Shown here: one piece after another, positions 1-9,577 of the stretch | Position numbering within the stretch: the stretch's first letter is position 1 | How the letters are laid out: each line of letters begins with the position of its first letter | Assembly: GCA_963782055.1 (NCBI GenBank) | Contig: CAWAIF010000003.1 | Span: forward strand, 2,976,001-3,040,000 | Length of the DNA stretch: 64,000 nucleotides | DNA from: an uncultured delta proteobacterium | GTDB taxonomy: Bacteria > Myxococcota_A > Polyangia > Polyangiales > Polyangiaceae | Direction of reading: 5' to 3' | Program-made: the position numbers and the translations under genes | Notes under the pieces: generated by a model | Told to the model about the DNA's origin: nothing | Seen by the model: only the letters and a program-made list of their open reading frames with translations | Databases searched by the model: none

Positions 1-907
1 AGCCAGTCTTGGCGCCGAAGCGACGCGTGTCGAGCGACGCCTCCAGGCGCCCCGTCGGTCCGCTGTAGCTCCTGTCGAAGCCGAAGGGGATGGAGAAGGC
101 GCCCGTCGCCGCGCGCGCCTCGACGCTCGGGTCGCTGCGGTACTCGCCCGACGTGACGTCCACCTTGCGCACGCCCGCGGCGACCAGCACGCGGCTCCTT
201 CGCCAGATGCGGGCCTCGAAGGACGCGTGGGCCTCGAAGCGAGCCTCGGAGTAGCGGCTCTCGTCCGACTGCCTGGACTCCGGACCGATGCCGTAGAAGG
301 GATCGTCCGGCCGGTGCACGCCGACCGCCCGGATCTGCAGGGTGTCCCGGTCGTCGTGGAAGCGCCAGCGGTCGGTGAGCGTCCCGCTCAGCCAGTCGTC
401 CGGCCAGACCTCGTAGTGCACCCGCAGATCGTTGCCCTTCACGTAGAAGGCGTCGTTCCAGAAGCCGTACAGGCCCACGCTGGGGTTGAGACCGAACTCC
501 ACGAAGCCCACGGGGACGATGCCGCCCTTGTGGTCGGGCACGAAGACGAAGAAGTCGTACGCCTTGCGCGGGAGGTCGGCGCGCTCGGCCGCGATGGTCA
601 GCGCGCCGAGCGGCTTGCGCAGGAGCACCTCGCTCGTCAGGTACAGCGGCGACAGGAGCATGCGCAGGGGCCAGAGCCCCGGCTCGCCGGGCTGCGCCTC
701 CGGGTTGCCGCGGCCGTCGTAGTCGGGCACCGCGCGCTTTGGCGTGGGCGGATGGTGGCGGTCCGCCACGGTGGAGGAGGGCTCGTCCCCCGCGGCCCGC
801 GCCGCAGACTCGCCCGCGCTGATCGCCAGGCAGACGGCGATCGCGGTCACGGTGCGCCCGAGCGTCGACGGCCCGGACCAGCGAGGTTGGTGGGCGCGGA
901 GCATCAC
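1..907 (-). CDS. Probable outer-membrane beta-barrel protein (Omp85/BamA-TamA-like surface antigen family); runs off the window start
   Basis: Not in the ORF track. Manual translation: (V)MLRAHQPRW...TAIAVCLAISAGESAARA (signal peptide)...KRAVPDYDGRG...LWPLRMLLSPLYLTSEVLLRKPLG...GLNPSVGLYGFWND. Frame stays open with GC-rich third positions; sigma-54 motif upstream. Confidence 0.55.
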   Translation of the reverse strand, partial: MMLRAHQPRWSGPSTLGRTVTAIAVCLAISAGESAARAAGDEPSSTVADRHHPPTPKRAVPDYDGRGNPEAQPGEPGLWPLRMLLSPLYLTSEVLLRKPLGALTIAAERADLPRKAYDFFVFVPDHKGGIVPVGFVEFGLNPSVGLYGFWNDAFYVKGNDLRVHYEVWPDDWLSGTLTDRWRFHDDRDTLQIRAVGVHRPDDPFYGIGPESRQSDESRYSEARFEAHASFEARIWRRSRVLVAAGVRKVDVTSGEYRSDPSVEARAATGAFSIPFGFDRSYSGPTGRLEASLDTRRFGAKTG

Positions 908-919
908 GGAGCGCGTGGG

Positions 920-935
920 TGCAGCGCTCGTGCCA
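920..935 (-). promoter_or_regulatory. Sigma-54 (-24/-12) promoter
   Basis: Minus strand TGGCACGAGCGCTGCA versus consensus TGGCACG-N4-TTGCW. Confidence 0.65.
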
Positions 936-1092
936 CGCACGGCCGAGGCGCCCGTAGCCTGCCCTGCGTGCCCCGCCCCGCACCGATTGCAGCCGCGCCG
1001 CAGCGCGTTCGTCTGCCGGTCGAGGGCGAGTGGGACCGTGTGCTCCGTTTGTGAGTCACGGGAGGCACGACGTGGTAATAGCGGCGCAGTCC

Positions 1093-2544
1093 ATGCGCAT
1101 CCTGATGGTGTCCTCGGAGGTCGAGACCTTCGCCCGCACGGGCGGCCTGGGCGACGCGGTGCTCGGCCTGGCGCGCGCCCTGGCCAAGCTGGGTCACGAT
1201 GTGTGCGTGGTCACTCCGCGGTATGGAAACACCACCATGCCGGGCCCGGTGCACTGGTGGTTCGGCAAGATCCCGGTGCGGGTCGGCTGGGGCCCCGCCG
1301 ACGAGGTCGACCTCGGGGTGGGCGAGGCGCGGCTGGAGGTGGGGCCGGGGACCCTGCGCGTCTGCCTGCTCGAGGACCCCTTCCTCTTCGGCAACCGACG
1401 CGGCATCTACGAGGACGAGGCCGGGACCTTCGGAGACAACGAGCGCCGCTTCGCGGTGCTCTCCCGTGGCGCGCTGGAGGTGGCGGCGCGCCTCTGGCCG
1501 GACGGCGTGGACGTCATTCACGCCCACGACTGGCACGCCGCCCTCGCGGTGATCTATGCGCGCACCGTGATGGGAGACGCCTGGGCGCGGGTGCACTCCG
1601 TCTTCACGATCCACAACCTCGCCTACCAGGGCGTGCTCGGCTTCGAGGCGCTGGACCGCCTGGGGATCCCACGCGGCCTGTTCCACTGGCAGTGCCTGGA
1701 GCACGACGGCCACGTCAACCTGATGAAGGGCGCCATCGCCCTGGCCAGCGTCGTCACCACGGTGAGCCCGACCTATGCGCGCGAGATCCGCCGCCGCCAG
1801 ACGGGCTTCTACCTGGACTGGTTTCTGCGCATGCACTCGCAGAAGCTGATCGGCATCACGAACGGCCTCGACGAGGAGCGCCTCGATCCCAGGACCGACA
1901 CCCGGATCGCCCGGCAGTACGGGGCGGAGGACGTCTGGAACGGCAAGTGGGCGTGCAAGCAGGCGCTGCAGCGGGAGATGGACCTGGAGCCGGGGGGCGC
2001 GCCGCTCTTCGGATGCGTCTCGCGTCTCACCGACCAGAAGGGCGTCGACCTGCTCGACGCGGCGCTCCCGGTGCTGATCGACCGCGGCGCGTCGGTGGTG
2101 CTGGTGGGCAAGGGCGACGCGCGGCTGGAGGACATGCAGCGTCGCGCCGCCCTGCGCTACCCGGGGCGCGTGGCGACGCGCATCGGGTTCGACCCGGACC
2201 TCGCGCAGCGCGCGTACTCCGGATGCGACTTCATCGTGATGCCCTCGCGGTTCGAGCCGTGCGGCCTCACCCAGCTCTACGCGATGCGCTTCGGCGCCGT
2301 GCCGGTGGTGACCGACGTCGGTGGCCTCCACGACACCGTCGAGCAGGCGAACCTCGCGCGCGGGACCGGGACGGGCTTCGTCGCCGGCGCGCCGACGCTC
2401 GTGGACCTGGTGGTCGCGCTGGAGGATGCGCTGGGGGCCTTCCTCGCGCACAACGCCTTCCAGGGGCTGCGGCAGCGGGCGATGCGCCGGGACAGCTCCT
2501 GGACGACCTCCGCGCGGACGTACCTCGCGCGCGCCTACGCGTGA
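1093..2544 (+). CDS. glgA: Glycogen synthase (GT5)
   Basis: MRILMVSSE..FARTGGLGD, DVIHAHDWHAA, FTIHNLAYQG, VSRLTDQKG, MPSRFEPCGLTQLYAMRFG, VGGLHDTV. Confidence 0.95.
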   Translation: MRILMVSSEVETFARTGGLGDAVLGLARALAKLGHDVCVVTPRYGNTTMPGPVHWWFGKIPVRVGWGPADEVDLGVGEARLEVGPGTLRVCLLEDPFLFGNRRGIYEDEAGTFGDNERRFAVLSRGALEVAARLWPDGVDVIHAHDWHAALAVIYARTVMGDAWARVHSVFTIHNLAYQGVLGFEALDRLGIPRGLFHWQCLEHDGHVNLMKGAIALASVVTTVSPTYAREIRRRQTGFYLDWFLRMHSQKLIGITNGLDEERLDPRTDTRIARQYGAEDVWNGKWACKQALQREMDLEPGGAPLFGCVSRLTDQKGVDLLDAALPVLIDRGASVVLVGKGDARLEDMQRRAALRYPGRVATRIGFDPDLAQRAYSGCDFIVMPSRFEPCGLTQLYAMRFGAVPVVTDVGGLHDTVEQANLARGTGTGFVAGAPTLVDLVVALEDALGAFLAHNAFQGLRQRAMRRDSSWTTSARTYLARAYA

Positions 2545-2576
2545 CCGGCGTCCCGGTGCCTCGTGGCGTGACCGGC

Positions 2577-3302
2577 TCAGAAGGTCCTGCGCGCGCCTCT
2601 CGTGGTGCTCGCCGCGCGCGCGTCCGGATAAGGCCCCTCGATCGACAGGTACGACTCCATCCCGTCTCGGACCCACGCGGTGACCAACGGCGACCGGGAG
2701 GCGCGTAGCGCCAGCGGGCGCGCGTGAAGCGGATGGTCCCAGACCTCGAGGGCTCCTCCGCCGTCCTCCGACTCGGCGAGCTCACCGTGGATCTCGAAGG
2801 TCCCCACGTGCAGACCGCTCGCGTCGCGCTGGAACGACTCGTAGCGCCGCCGCGCGGCCCGAAAGGGTTGGGCGCGCGTCACCTGGAGGGCGAGCACGGG
2901 CCGCCCCTCGGCGTCGGTCACCCGCGCGCTCGCCGTGGACGCCTCCGGCGGAGCATCGACCTGGATGTCGACGTCCGCGAGGTAGTGTGGCAGGTGCCAG
3001 AGGTCGATCGCGTGTTGCCTGGCGACCTGGGTCGTCGCCGCGAGCAGGAACGTGTGGAAGGCCGCGTGCGGCACGACATGTTCGCGGTCCACCCGCGGCG
3101 CGACGAGCACCGCCAGCGCCAGCTCGCGGTACGGTCCGACGGGGCTCGTCGTGAAGTTGAAGACGGTGACGGCGAGGGCCGCCTGCCCGTGCACGACCTC
3201 GATCGGCTCGGGGTGCTCCGGAAGGAGCTCCCGCGCGACCTCGCACGGCAGCTCGAACATGGCGCTCAGCGCGACGTCGAACGGGTACTCTACGGGCGGC
3301 AC
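2577..3302 (-). CDS. Acetoacetate decarboxylase-like (ADC fold) protein
   Basis: Real part of ORF 2577..4460. GTG start with GAGGAGG upstream, overlapping the upstream stop. ARELLPEHPEP, SPVGPYRELALAV, AIDLWHLPHY. Confidence 0.65.
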   Translation of the reverse strand: MPPVEYPFDVALSAMFELPCEVARELLPEHPEPIEVVHGQAALAVTVFNFTTSPVGPYRELALAVLVAPRVDREHVVPHAAFHTFLLAATTQVARQHAIDLWHLPHYLADVDIQVDAPPEASTASARVTDAEGRPVLALQVTRAQPFRAARRRYESFQRDASGLHVGTFEIHGELAESEDGGGALEVWDHPLHARPLALRASRSPLVTAWVRDGMESYLSIEGPYPDARAASTTRGARRTF

Positions 3303-4552
3303 GGCACCCCCTCCTCGCGAAGGACGCGCGCGATGGTCTCCGCCGCCTCGTCCAGGTCGCTTCGCGTCAACGCGGCCGACACGGACAGGCGCAGACGGGG
3401 CCGCCCCTTGGGGACCCCCGGGTACGTCCCGGGCTGCACGTACACTCCGGCGTCGCGGATCCTCTTCGCGACGCGAAACACCTTGGTCTCGTCGTAGACC
3501 ATCACGGGGAGGATCTGCGACTGCGAGCCCCCGTAGTCGATTCGGGCGCGGTCGAACTGCTCTCGCACGTAGGCGACGTTGTCCCAGAGGCGGGTCCTGA
3601 GCTCTGGCCGCGCCTCCAGCTCGCGCAGCGCGGCCAGCGTGCCGGCGACCACCGCGGGGGGCAGCGTACACGCGAAGAAGCGCGAGCGGGCGTAGGCCTC
3701 GAGGTAGTCGATGACGTCGCGGCGGCCGCAGGCGAACCCACCGAGGCCCCCCAGCGCCTTGGAGAGGGTGCCCATGTGGATGTCGATCCGGTCCTCGACG
3801 CCGAGGTGCTCTGCGGCGCCGCGGCCGTGCGCGCCGAACACGAATCCGGAGTGTGCCTCGTCCACCATGACGCGGGCGCCTGCCGCGCGAGCCACGTCGG
3901 TGATCTCGCGCAGAGGGGCGAGGTCGCCGTCCATCGAGTAGACGCCCTCGACCACGACCAGCTTGCGGCCTCCGACGCCTTCGATCTTCCTCGCGAGGTC
4001 CTCCGCGCGGTTGTGGCGGAAGAAGACGACCTTTGCCTTGGCGAGGATGGCGCCGTCGATGATCGAGGCGTGGGAGTAGTGGTCCAGGAAGGCATGATCC
4101 CCGGGGCGCAGCAGCCCGGAGAGGATCCCGACGTTGGCGCTGTAGCCCGAAGGAAACAGCGTGGCCGCCTCGCGTCCGTGGAAGCGTGCGAGGGCCTGCT
4201 CCAGCTCGCGATGAACGTCGTAGATGCCGCTCAGGATGGGGCCACCGCAGGCGCCGAGCCCGTATCGCTCGATCGCCTCGGCGGCGGCCGCGCGCACGGC
4301 GGGATCCGTCGCGAGGCCGAGGTAGTTGTACGACGTGAGGTTGACGAGCTCGTGCAGACGCCCGGTGTCGTTCTCGCGGATCACGACGCGCGCGCCGGGC
4401 GCGGAGGTCATCGGGGCCTGGTACAGGTGATACCCGCCGGCGTGCGCCTCGCCCCACCACCCGGCGAAGGCCTCGGCCAGGCCGAACAAGTCCTCGCCGG
4501 CGCCGTAGTAGAAGTTGCTCAGATCGTAGCTCAAAAAGGCGTCGTTCTGCAC
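3290..4552 (-). CDS. PLP-dependent alpha-oxoamine synthase (BioF/Kbl/serine palmitoyltransferase family)
   Basis: NLTSYNYLGLA, FPSGYSAN, DHYSHASIIDG, FRHN, EGVYSMDGD, VDEAHS, GTLSKALG (PLP Lys), RLRLSVSA. Start uncertain (4552 GTG or up to 4663). Confidence 0.9.
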   Translation of the reverse strand: MQNDAFLSYDLSNFYYGAGEDLFGLAEAFAGWWGEAHAGGYHLYQAPMTSAPGARVVIRENDTGRLHELVNLTSYNYLGLATDPAVRAAAAEAIERYGLGACGGPILSGIYDVHRELEQALARFHGREAATLFPSGYSANVGILSGLLRPGDHAFLDHYSHASIIDGAILAKAKVVFFRHNRAEDLARKIEGVGGRKLVVVEGVYSMDGDLAPLREITDVARAAGARVMVDEAHSGFVFGAHGRGAAEHLGVEDRIDIHMGTLSKALGGLGGFACGRRDVIDYLEAYARSRFFACTLPPAVVAGTLAALRELEARPELRTRLWDNVAYVREQFDRARIDYGGSQSQILPVMVYDETKVFRVAKRIRDAGVYVQPGTYPGVPKGRPRLRLSVSAALTRSDLDEAAETIARVLREEGVPCRP

Positions 4553-4714
4553 GAGGTCCCCTGGTGTCCGCGGCGGGCGGAGATGGATCGGAGAAGAGGG
4601 TCGACGAGCTGACCGCTGGTCACGAGGCCCGGGAGCGTACGTCGCTCCAGCGTCGTTTTCCATGAGCTGTGAACGGTCGCGGCGGCCTCGACGGCGTCGC
4701 TCGCCGGCTCAGGG

Positions 4715-5512
4715 TCACGGCGGATGCGGGTGACGGCGCGCGAGCCACGCGCGGGCCATCATGGCGAAGGAGCGCGGGACGATGGCCTCGTGCGGGTGCG
4801 GGCCCGTCACGTTGAGCCGCTGGATACGCACGCGCGGCTCCGCCTTGCCCAGCGCGTGACGGAACTCGTGGAGGTCGCGCCACCACGTGTAGGGCTGCCA
4901 GGTCACCCAGAGCTTCACGTCGGGCTGGATCTGCGCCATGGCCGCGCCCGCGTCGTCATCCATGCAGGTGTCGATGGCCATCACCCCCCGTACGCGGGTG
5001 CGCCGGACCCGCGCGGCGTCGGCGAGGCCGCCGTGCTCGTTGCACCCGGCGCCGCTGTGACCGACGACGTAGACGCGCGTGGTGTCCAGCTCGACGTGGT
5101 CGGAGATCGCCTGGGCGGTCTCGCTGACGAAGTCGTCCACGTCGAAGTCCGGCCAGAGGAAGCGGCCGCGGCTCGCCTCGCGCGTCTGGCTCGGGGCCGC
5201 GAGGACGAAGGGGGGCACGCCGCTCGCGACCAGGCGCTCGACCAGCGGACGGAGGTCGTGGGCGCCGTGCATCCACACATGCATCTCGCCCGCGGGGTTG
5301 ATGCCGTGCAGGAAGACGACGACGGGGAGCTTCTTGCCGCTGGCGAGCGCGGCGTCGGGCAGGTAGGCGGCGGCGCCGTTGTCCTGATCGTCCTGGAGGT
5401 AGCGGGCGTCCTCGAAGGGGTAGTGCACCGTAACCGGCGCGGCGTGGGCGGCGCGCGTCAGGAGGGCTGCGGGCAGCAGCGTGGCCAGGACGAGGAGGGG
5501 GCGAGAGGTCAT
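4715..5512 (-). CDS. Secreted alpha/beta-hydrolase-fold protein
   Basis: Signal peptide ending AAHA; VVVFLHG; nucleophile elbow VVGHSGAG; C-terminal His (HPHEAI). Alternative start 5554. Confidence 0.7.
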   Translation of the reverse strand: MTSRPLLVLATLLPAALLTRAAHAAPVTVHYPFEDARYLQDDQDNGAAAYLPDAALASGKKLPVVVFLHGINPAGEMHVWMHGAHDLRPLVERLVASGVPPFVLAAPSQTREASRGRFLWPDFDVDDFVSETAQAISDHVELDTTRVYVVGHSGAGCNEHGGLADAARVRRTRVRGVMAIDTCMDDDAGAAMAQIQPDVKLWVTWQPYTWWRDLHEFRHALGKAEPRVRIQRLNVTGPHPHEAIVPRSFAMMARAWLARRHPHPP

Positions 5513-5781
5513 ATGGGTGGGGCCGTGGGATGCGCTCCCCCCCGGCACGCGCACCTGCTCTCATTATGCTTGGAGTTCCAAGTAATTCAAGTGGAAGCGT
5601 CCCTCGCCACGTCCCGTCCACGCCGCCGTGCGCTCCCTCACGACACGAGGGGCGGGGGAGCCGGAATGAATGAGCTACCCCCCGTGTCGCAACGAGGTAG
5701 GTCACGAGACGTCGAGCTGCCGCGCAGAGCGGCGGGGCCCGTCTCGCTTTGACGCGCGCGCTCGCGCGGAGGGAGCGGTCC

Positions 5782-6177
5782 ATGAACATCCAAGCCATCC
5801 AGGACGCCGACGTGCAAGAAGAGCGGCGCACGCTCGGCGGCGGGGAGCGCTCCACGCTCCCCTCACCCTCCGTCGCCGATCGCCTCGAGGCGTACGGCAT
5901 TCTCCCGCCCGGCGGGACGTGTGACGAGCGGGTGCTCGCGCTCATCGAGCAGCTCTTCGTCACCTGGTACGAGATGGACGACGACGCCTCGCGCCGCGCC
6001 GCGGTGCCGTACCTCTTCGCGACCGAGCGCGATCTGCGCGCGGTGCTGCTCGCCGTCGTGCCCCTCTACTACGACAGCCTCTTCTTCGACGAGCGCACGC
6101 CCACGCGCGATCTGGTGGAGATCACCCTGGTGGCCCACCGCAAGTGGCGGCGCTGGCTGGATTCGACGCGGAGCTGA
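5782..6177 (+). CDS. Hypothetical protein
   Basis: GGAGGGAG upstream of ATG; typical codon bias; MNIQAIQDADVQEERR. Confidence 0.65.
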   Translation: MNIQAIQDADVQEERRTLGGGERSTLPSPSVADRLEAYGILPPGGTCDERVLALIEQLFVTWYEMDDDASRRAAVPYLFATERDLRAVLLAVVPLYYDSLFFDERTPTRDLVEITLVAHRKWRRWLDSTRS

Positions 6178-6268
6178 TCACCCCGCCCGGTAGGGCGCGT
6201 CGACGGGCTGCGGGCCGAGCTCCACGCGCGGCAGGCGCCGCTGACGGAGGCGGCGCGCGCCCTCGGCG

Positions 6269-7582
6269 TCAGGGCGACAGGCGGTTGAGCATCCGGGGGA
6301 AGGGGATGGTCTCTCGCACGTGGGGCAGCCCGCAGATCCACGCGACGGTGCGCTCGATGCCCAGGCCGAAGCCGGCGTGGGGGAAGCTCCCGTAGCGGCG
6401 CAGGTCGAGGTACCACTCGAACGCCTCCTTCGGCAGCTTGTGATCGGCGATGGCGCGCTCCAGCGTCTCCAGGTCGTCCTCGCGCTGGCCCCCGCCGATG
6501 ATCTCGCCGTAGCCCTCCGGCGCGAGCACGTCCATGTTGAGCGCCAGAGTGGCGTCTCCCGGGTCGCGCTTGAAGTAGAAGGCCTTCAGGTCCATCGGGT
6601 AGCGGTGGACGATCACCGGGCGGTCGAAGTGGCCGGAGATCACCGTCTCCTCGTCCGCGCCGAAGTCGTCGCCCACCTTGGCCTCGGGGTGACCACCCTT
6701 CTGCAGGATGGCGATCGCCTCCGCGTAGGTGATGCGCGGGAAGGGCGCCTTGACCTGCTCCAGCCTGGAGGTGTCGCGCTCGAGGACCTTCAGGTCCTCC
6801 TTGCGCGACTCCAGCACGTGGCCGACGACGTACGCCAGGAAGTCCTCGGCGAGCTTCATGTCGCCGTCCAGATCCATGAAGGCGACCTCCGGCTCGACCA
6901 TCCAGAACTCGGCGAGGTGGCGGCGTGTCTTGGACTTCTCCGCGCGGAAGGTCGGGCCGAAGCAGTAGGCCTTGCCCACCGCCGCCGCCGCGGCCTCCAT
7001 GTAGAGCTGGCCGCTCTGCGTCAGGTACGCGGCCTCGCCGTGGTAGTCGGTCTCGAAGAGGGTGCTCGTCCCCTCGCACGCGTTGGGCGTGAAGATGGGC
7101 GCGTCGACGAGCGTGAAGCCGCGGCCGTCGAAGAAGTCGCGCACCGCCTTGATGATGGCGTGGCGCACCCGCAGGATGGCGTGCTGCCGCGGCGCGCGCA
7201 GCCACAGGTGGCGATGGTCCATCAGGAAGTCGGTGGAGAAGACGTCCCCGGCGAGCTTCTTCGCGCTGAGCGGGTACTCCTGCGCCACCGGCACGACCAC
7301 GCGCACGTCCTTGCCTTGCACCTCGAAGGCGCCCTCGATCTTGCCGTGCTTCTTGACGGTGCCGACGACCTCCACGCTGGACTCCGGCTGGATGTGATCG
7401 GCGCGGGTGAAGGTGTCCGCGTCGACGTCGCCCTTGAAGACGACCACCTGCACCGTGCCGGATCCGTCGCGCACCTCCAGGAAGTGGAGCTTGCCGCTGG
7501 AGCGCTTGTTGTGGAGCCACCCCCGCAGGGTCACTTCTTTGCCGACGTGGTCACCGAGGCTGCCGATCTGCACGCTGGACAT
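6269..7582 (-). CDS. asnS: Asparagine--tRNA ligase
   Basis: OB-fold ([23 protein letters not shown]), [61 protein letters not shown]. Confidence 0.96.
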   Translation of the reverse strand: MSSVQIGSLGDHVGKEVTLRGWLHNKRSSGKLHFLEVRDGSGTVQVVVFKGDVDADTFTRADHIQPESSVEVVGTVKKHGKIEGAFEVQGKDVRVVVPVAQEYPLSAKKLAGDVFSTDFLMDHRHLWLRAPRQHAILRVRHAIIKAVRDFFDGRGFTLVDAPIFTPNACEGTSTLFETDYHGEAAYLTQSGQLYMEAAAAAVGKAYCFGPTFRAEKSKTRRHLAEFWMVEPEVAFMDLDGDMKLAEDFLAYVVGHVLESRKEDLKVLERDTSRLEQVKAPFPRITYAEAIAILQKGGHPEAKVGDDFGADEETVISGHFDRPVIVHRYPMDLKAFYFKRDPGDATLALNMDVLAPEGYGEIIGGGQREDDLETLERAIADHKLPKEAFEWYLDLRRYGSFPHAGFGLGIERTVAWICGLPHVRETIPFPRMLNRLSP

Positions 7583-7624
7583 GGCGTGCGATTAGCACGA
7601 AGGGCGCCCGACGGGCGAGCCGCC

Positions 7625-8455
7625 TCAGAGGCCGCAGGGGCCGGCGGGGTGATAGGTGGACGCATCGAGCCCCCCGGGGCTGGCGTCGCCTGCCTCCGGC
7701 GCGCCGGCGTCCGGCGCGGGCGGGTTGGCGAAGGCGAGCAGGTCGCCCAGCGTGCCGTTGAACTCGTCCATGTCCAGGCCGCCGGCGGTGCCCACGCCCT
7801 TCACTGTGCCCTTGTCGTCGTACTGCCAGAAGATCCACGCCGTCCAGCCGGTGGGCATGAGCGGGCACTTGGCGCCGTAGTTGGCGACCCAGAGCGGGTA
7901 GCCGGTGAAGCCGGAGCCCAGGATGGAGGACATGAAGTTGGCGGTGTAGATCATCGGCTTGCGGCCGACCTTCTGCGCCACGTAGTCCAGCCACGTGGCC
8001 ATCGCCTTGCGCACCGCGTTGGTCGACACGCCGTCCGCCGTCTCGATGTCCATGACCGGCGGCAGATCATTCGGCAGCGCGCCGGCCTTCGCCATCTGCC
8101 CGAGCATGTAGTCGGCCTGCTGGACGGGATCCTGGCTGGCGCGGAAGAACTGGTAGACGCCGCGCACGATGCCCTGTTGCTTCATGCCGTCCCAGTTGGG
8201 GACGAAGGTGGCGTCGGGGTAGCCGAGGCCGTCGCTCACCCGCGCGATGGCGAACTGGACGCCGCCCTTCTTGGCCGCCGCCCAGTCGACGGTGCCCTGG
8301 TACTTGGAGACGTCGATGCCCTGCACCACCAGGCCGTCCGGGCACACCGTGAGCGCGGCCGCGTTGGAGCAGGTGTTGTCCGGCTGCGAGCCGCACGCGA
8401 CGGCGAGCCCGACCGACGCCGCGAAGCCTCCCACGACCAGCGGCCGCAGTCTCAT
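7625..8455 (-). CDS. GH25 lysozyme/muramidase lipoprotein
   Basis: Lipobox LAVAC; GIDVSKYQGTVDW; RGVYQFF; PPVMDIE (DxE); LWVANY; FWQY. Confidence 0.9.
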   Translation of the reverse strand: MRLRPLVVGGFAASVGLAVACGSQPDNTCSNAAALTVCPDGLVVQGIDVSKYQGTVDWAAAKKGGVQFAIARVSDGLGYPDATFVPNWDGMKQQGIVRGVYQFFRASQDPVQQADYMLGQMAKAGALPNDLPPVMDIETADGVSTNAVRKAMATWLDYVAQKVGRKPMIYTANFMSSILGSGFTGYPLWVANYGAKCPLMPTGWTAWIFWQYDDKGTVKGVGTAGGLDMDEFNGTLGDLLAFANPPAPDAGAPEAGDASPGGLDASTYHPAGPCGL

Positions 8456-8489
8456 CCGTCCAGGATAGCAGGGCGCCGGCCGGCGCGCG

Positions 8490-8951
8490 TCACCTGCGAC
8501 CGAGGCGCGCGGCGCGGCGCCGTTCCCCTGCGGTCTGCGAGGCCCGGACCTCCTCGGAGTCGAGCAGCAGGGAGGGCGCGGGGGTGGGCTTGCCCGCGTC
8601 GTCGATCGCCACGTAGGTGACCAGCGCGCTGACGCACGGCCAGCGCCTGCCGGTGCGCGCGTCCTCGCCCTCCACGTCGATGGCGATCTCCATCGAGGTG
8701 CGGAAGGTGGCGGTCACCCGACCGCGCAGGCGCACGACCTCCCCCACCTTCACAGGCTGCTCGAACTTGAGGTCGTCGACGAAGGCGGTGACGCCCACCC
8801 GCCCGGAGTGCCGCTGCGCGCAGATCGCCCCGCAGAGGTCGACCCACGCCATGATCTGCCCGCCGAAGACGTTGCCCAGCGCGTTGGCGTGAGGCGGCAG
8901 CACGTACTCGGTCATCTCGGTGAGGGAGGCGGACTGCGGCTTGGGGTCCAT
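8490..8951 (-). CDS. Acyl-CoA thioesterase (hotdog fold, YciA-like)
   Basis: VLPPHANALGNVFGGQIMAWVD; FEQPVKVGE; TSMEI; YVAIDDAGKP. Confidence 0.92.
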   Translation of the reverse strand: MDPKPQSASLTEMTEYVLPPHANALGNVFGGQIMAWVDLCGAICAQRHSGRVGVTAFVDDLKFEQPVKVGEVVRLRGRVTATFRTSMEIAIDVEGEDARTGRRWPCVSALVTYVAIDDAGKPTPAPSLLLDSEEVRASQTAGERRRAARLGRR

Positions 8952-8990
8952 GACGCGGACGTTAGCAAACCCCCGGTCGCGCCGGAGGAG

Positions 8991-9419
8991 CTAGCCGCAG
9001 ACCAGGTAGCAGTCGCGGCCCTGCAACATCCCGCACTGGTCGGGGGCCGCGCAGTAAGGCGGGGGCGGCTTGCACGGCTCCGGCTTGCACGGCGCTTCCT
9101 TCGGGCAGGTCTGGTCGAAGGTCGAGCCCGGTGGGCACGTGACCGTCCCGCCGTCGGTGCCGTCACCCGGCTCGCACGCGATCTGTATGCCGCCGCAGCA
9201 CGGGTGCACGCACACGTCGCCGCTGCTGCACATCGCCTCGCCGCAGGGGTAGGGCCCCGACGTGTCCGGTGCGCCGTCGACCGGCGCGCCGTCCTTGCCC
9301 CCGCCGCCGTCGGTCGTGCCGCCGTCGTCGGTGGAGGCGTCGCCGCCGCTGTCGAAGGTGGAGCCGCCGCACGCGACGAGCAGGAGGGCGAGGGAGCCGA
9401 AGGCAAGGATCCGCTTCAT
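8991..9419 (-). CDS. Small Cys-rich lipoprotein (paralog A)
   Basis: Lipobox LVAC; DGG-rich linker; GPYPCGEAMCSSGDVCVHPCCGG...GRDCYLVCG. Confidence 0.8.
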   Translation of the reverse strand: MKRILAFGSLALLLVACGGSTFDSGGDASTDDGGTTDGGGGKDGAPVDGAPDTSGPYPCGEAMCSSGDVCVHPCCGGIQIACEPGDGTDGGTVTCPPGSTFDQTCPKEAPCKPEPCKPPPPYCAAPDQCGMLQGRDCYLVCG

Positions 9420-9431
9420 GCACGGGCCCCA

Positions 9432-9447
9432 AGCAAACCGTGGGCCG
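9432..9447 (-). promoter_or_regulatory. Sigma-54 promoter
   Basis: Minus strand CGGCCCACGGTTTGCT (GG-N10-GC, TTGCT). Confidence 0.55.
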
Positions 9448-9577
9448 GCGCCGCTGCGGGACCGAAACCGGCGGAGGTCCGGGGAGAAGGCCCCCCCGCC
9501 GCGCTTCGGTGAAGCTGTGCCGCCCTGGGCCAGTGCGCGAACGGTCCGTCAGGGGGCTCGGGAGCAAGCGCGTCTCT

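Noticed and set aside
781..800. Suspected frameshift in the first gene at a C-run
   Set aside because: A recount gives five C (787-791), which keeps the signal peptide in frame.
3290..4552. Calling the AOS gene bioF or spt
   Set aside because: The motifs are shared across the family and the context does not discriminate; phylogeny is needed.
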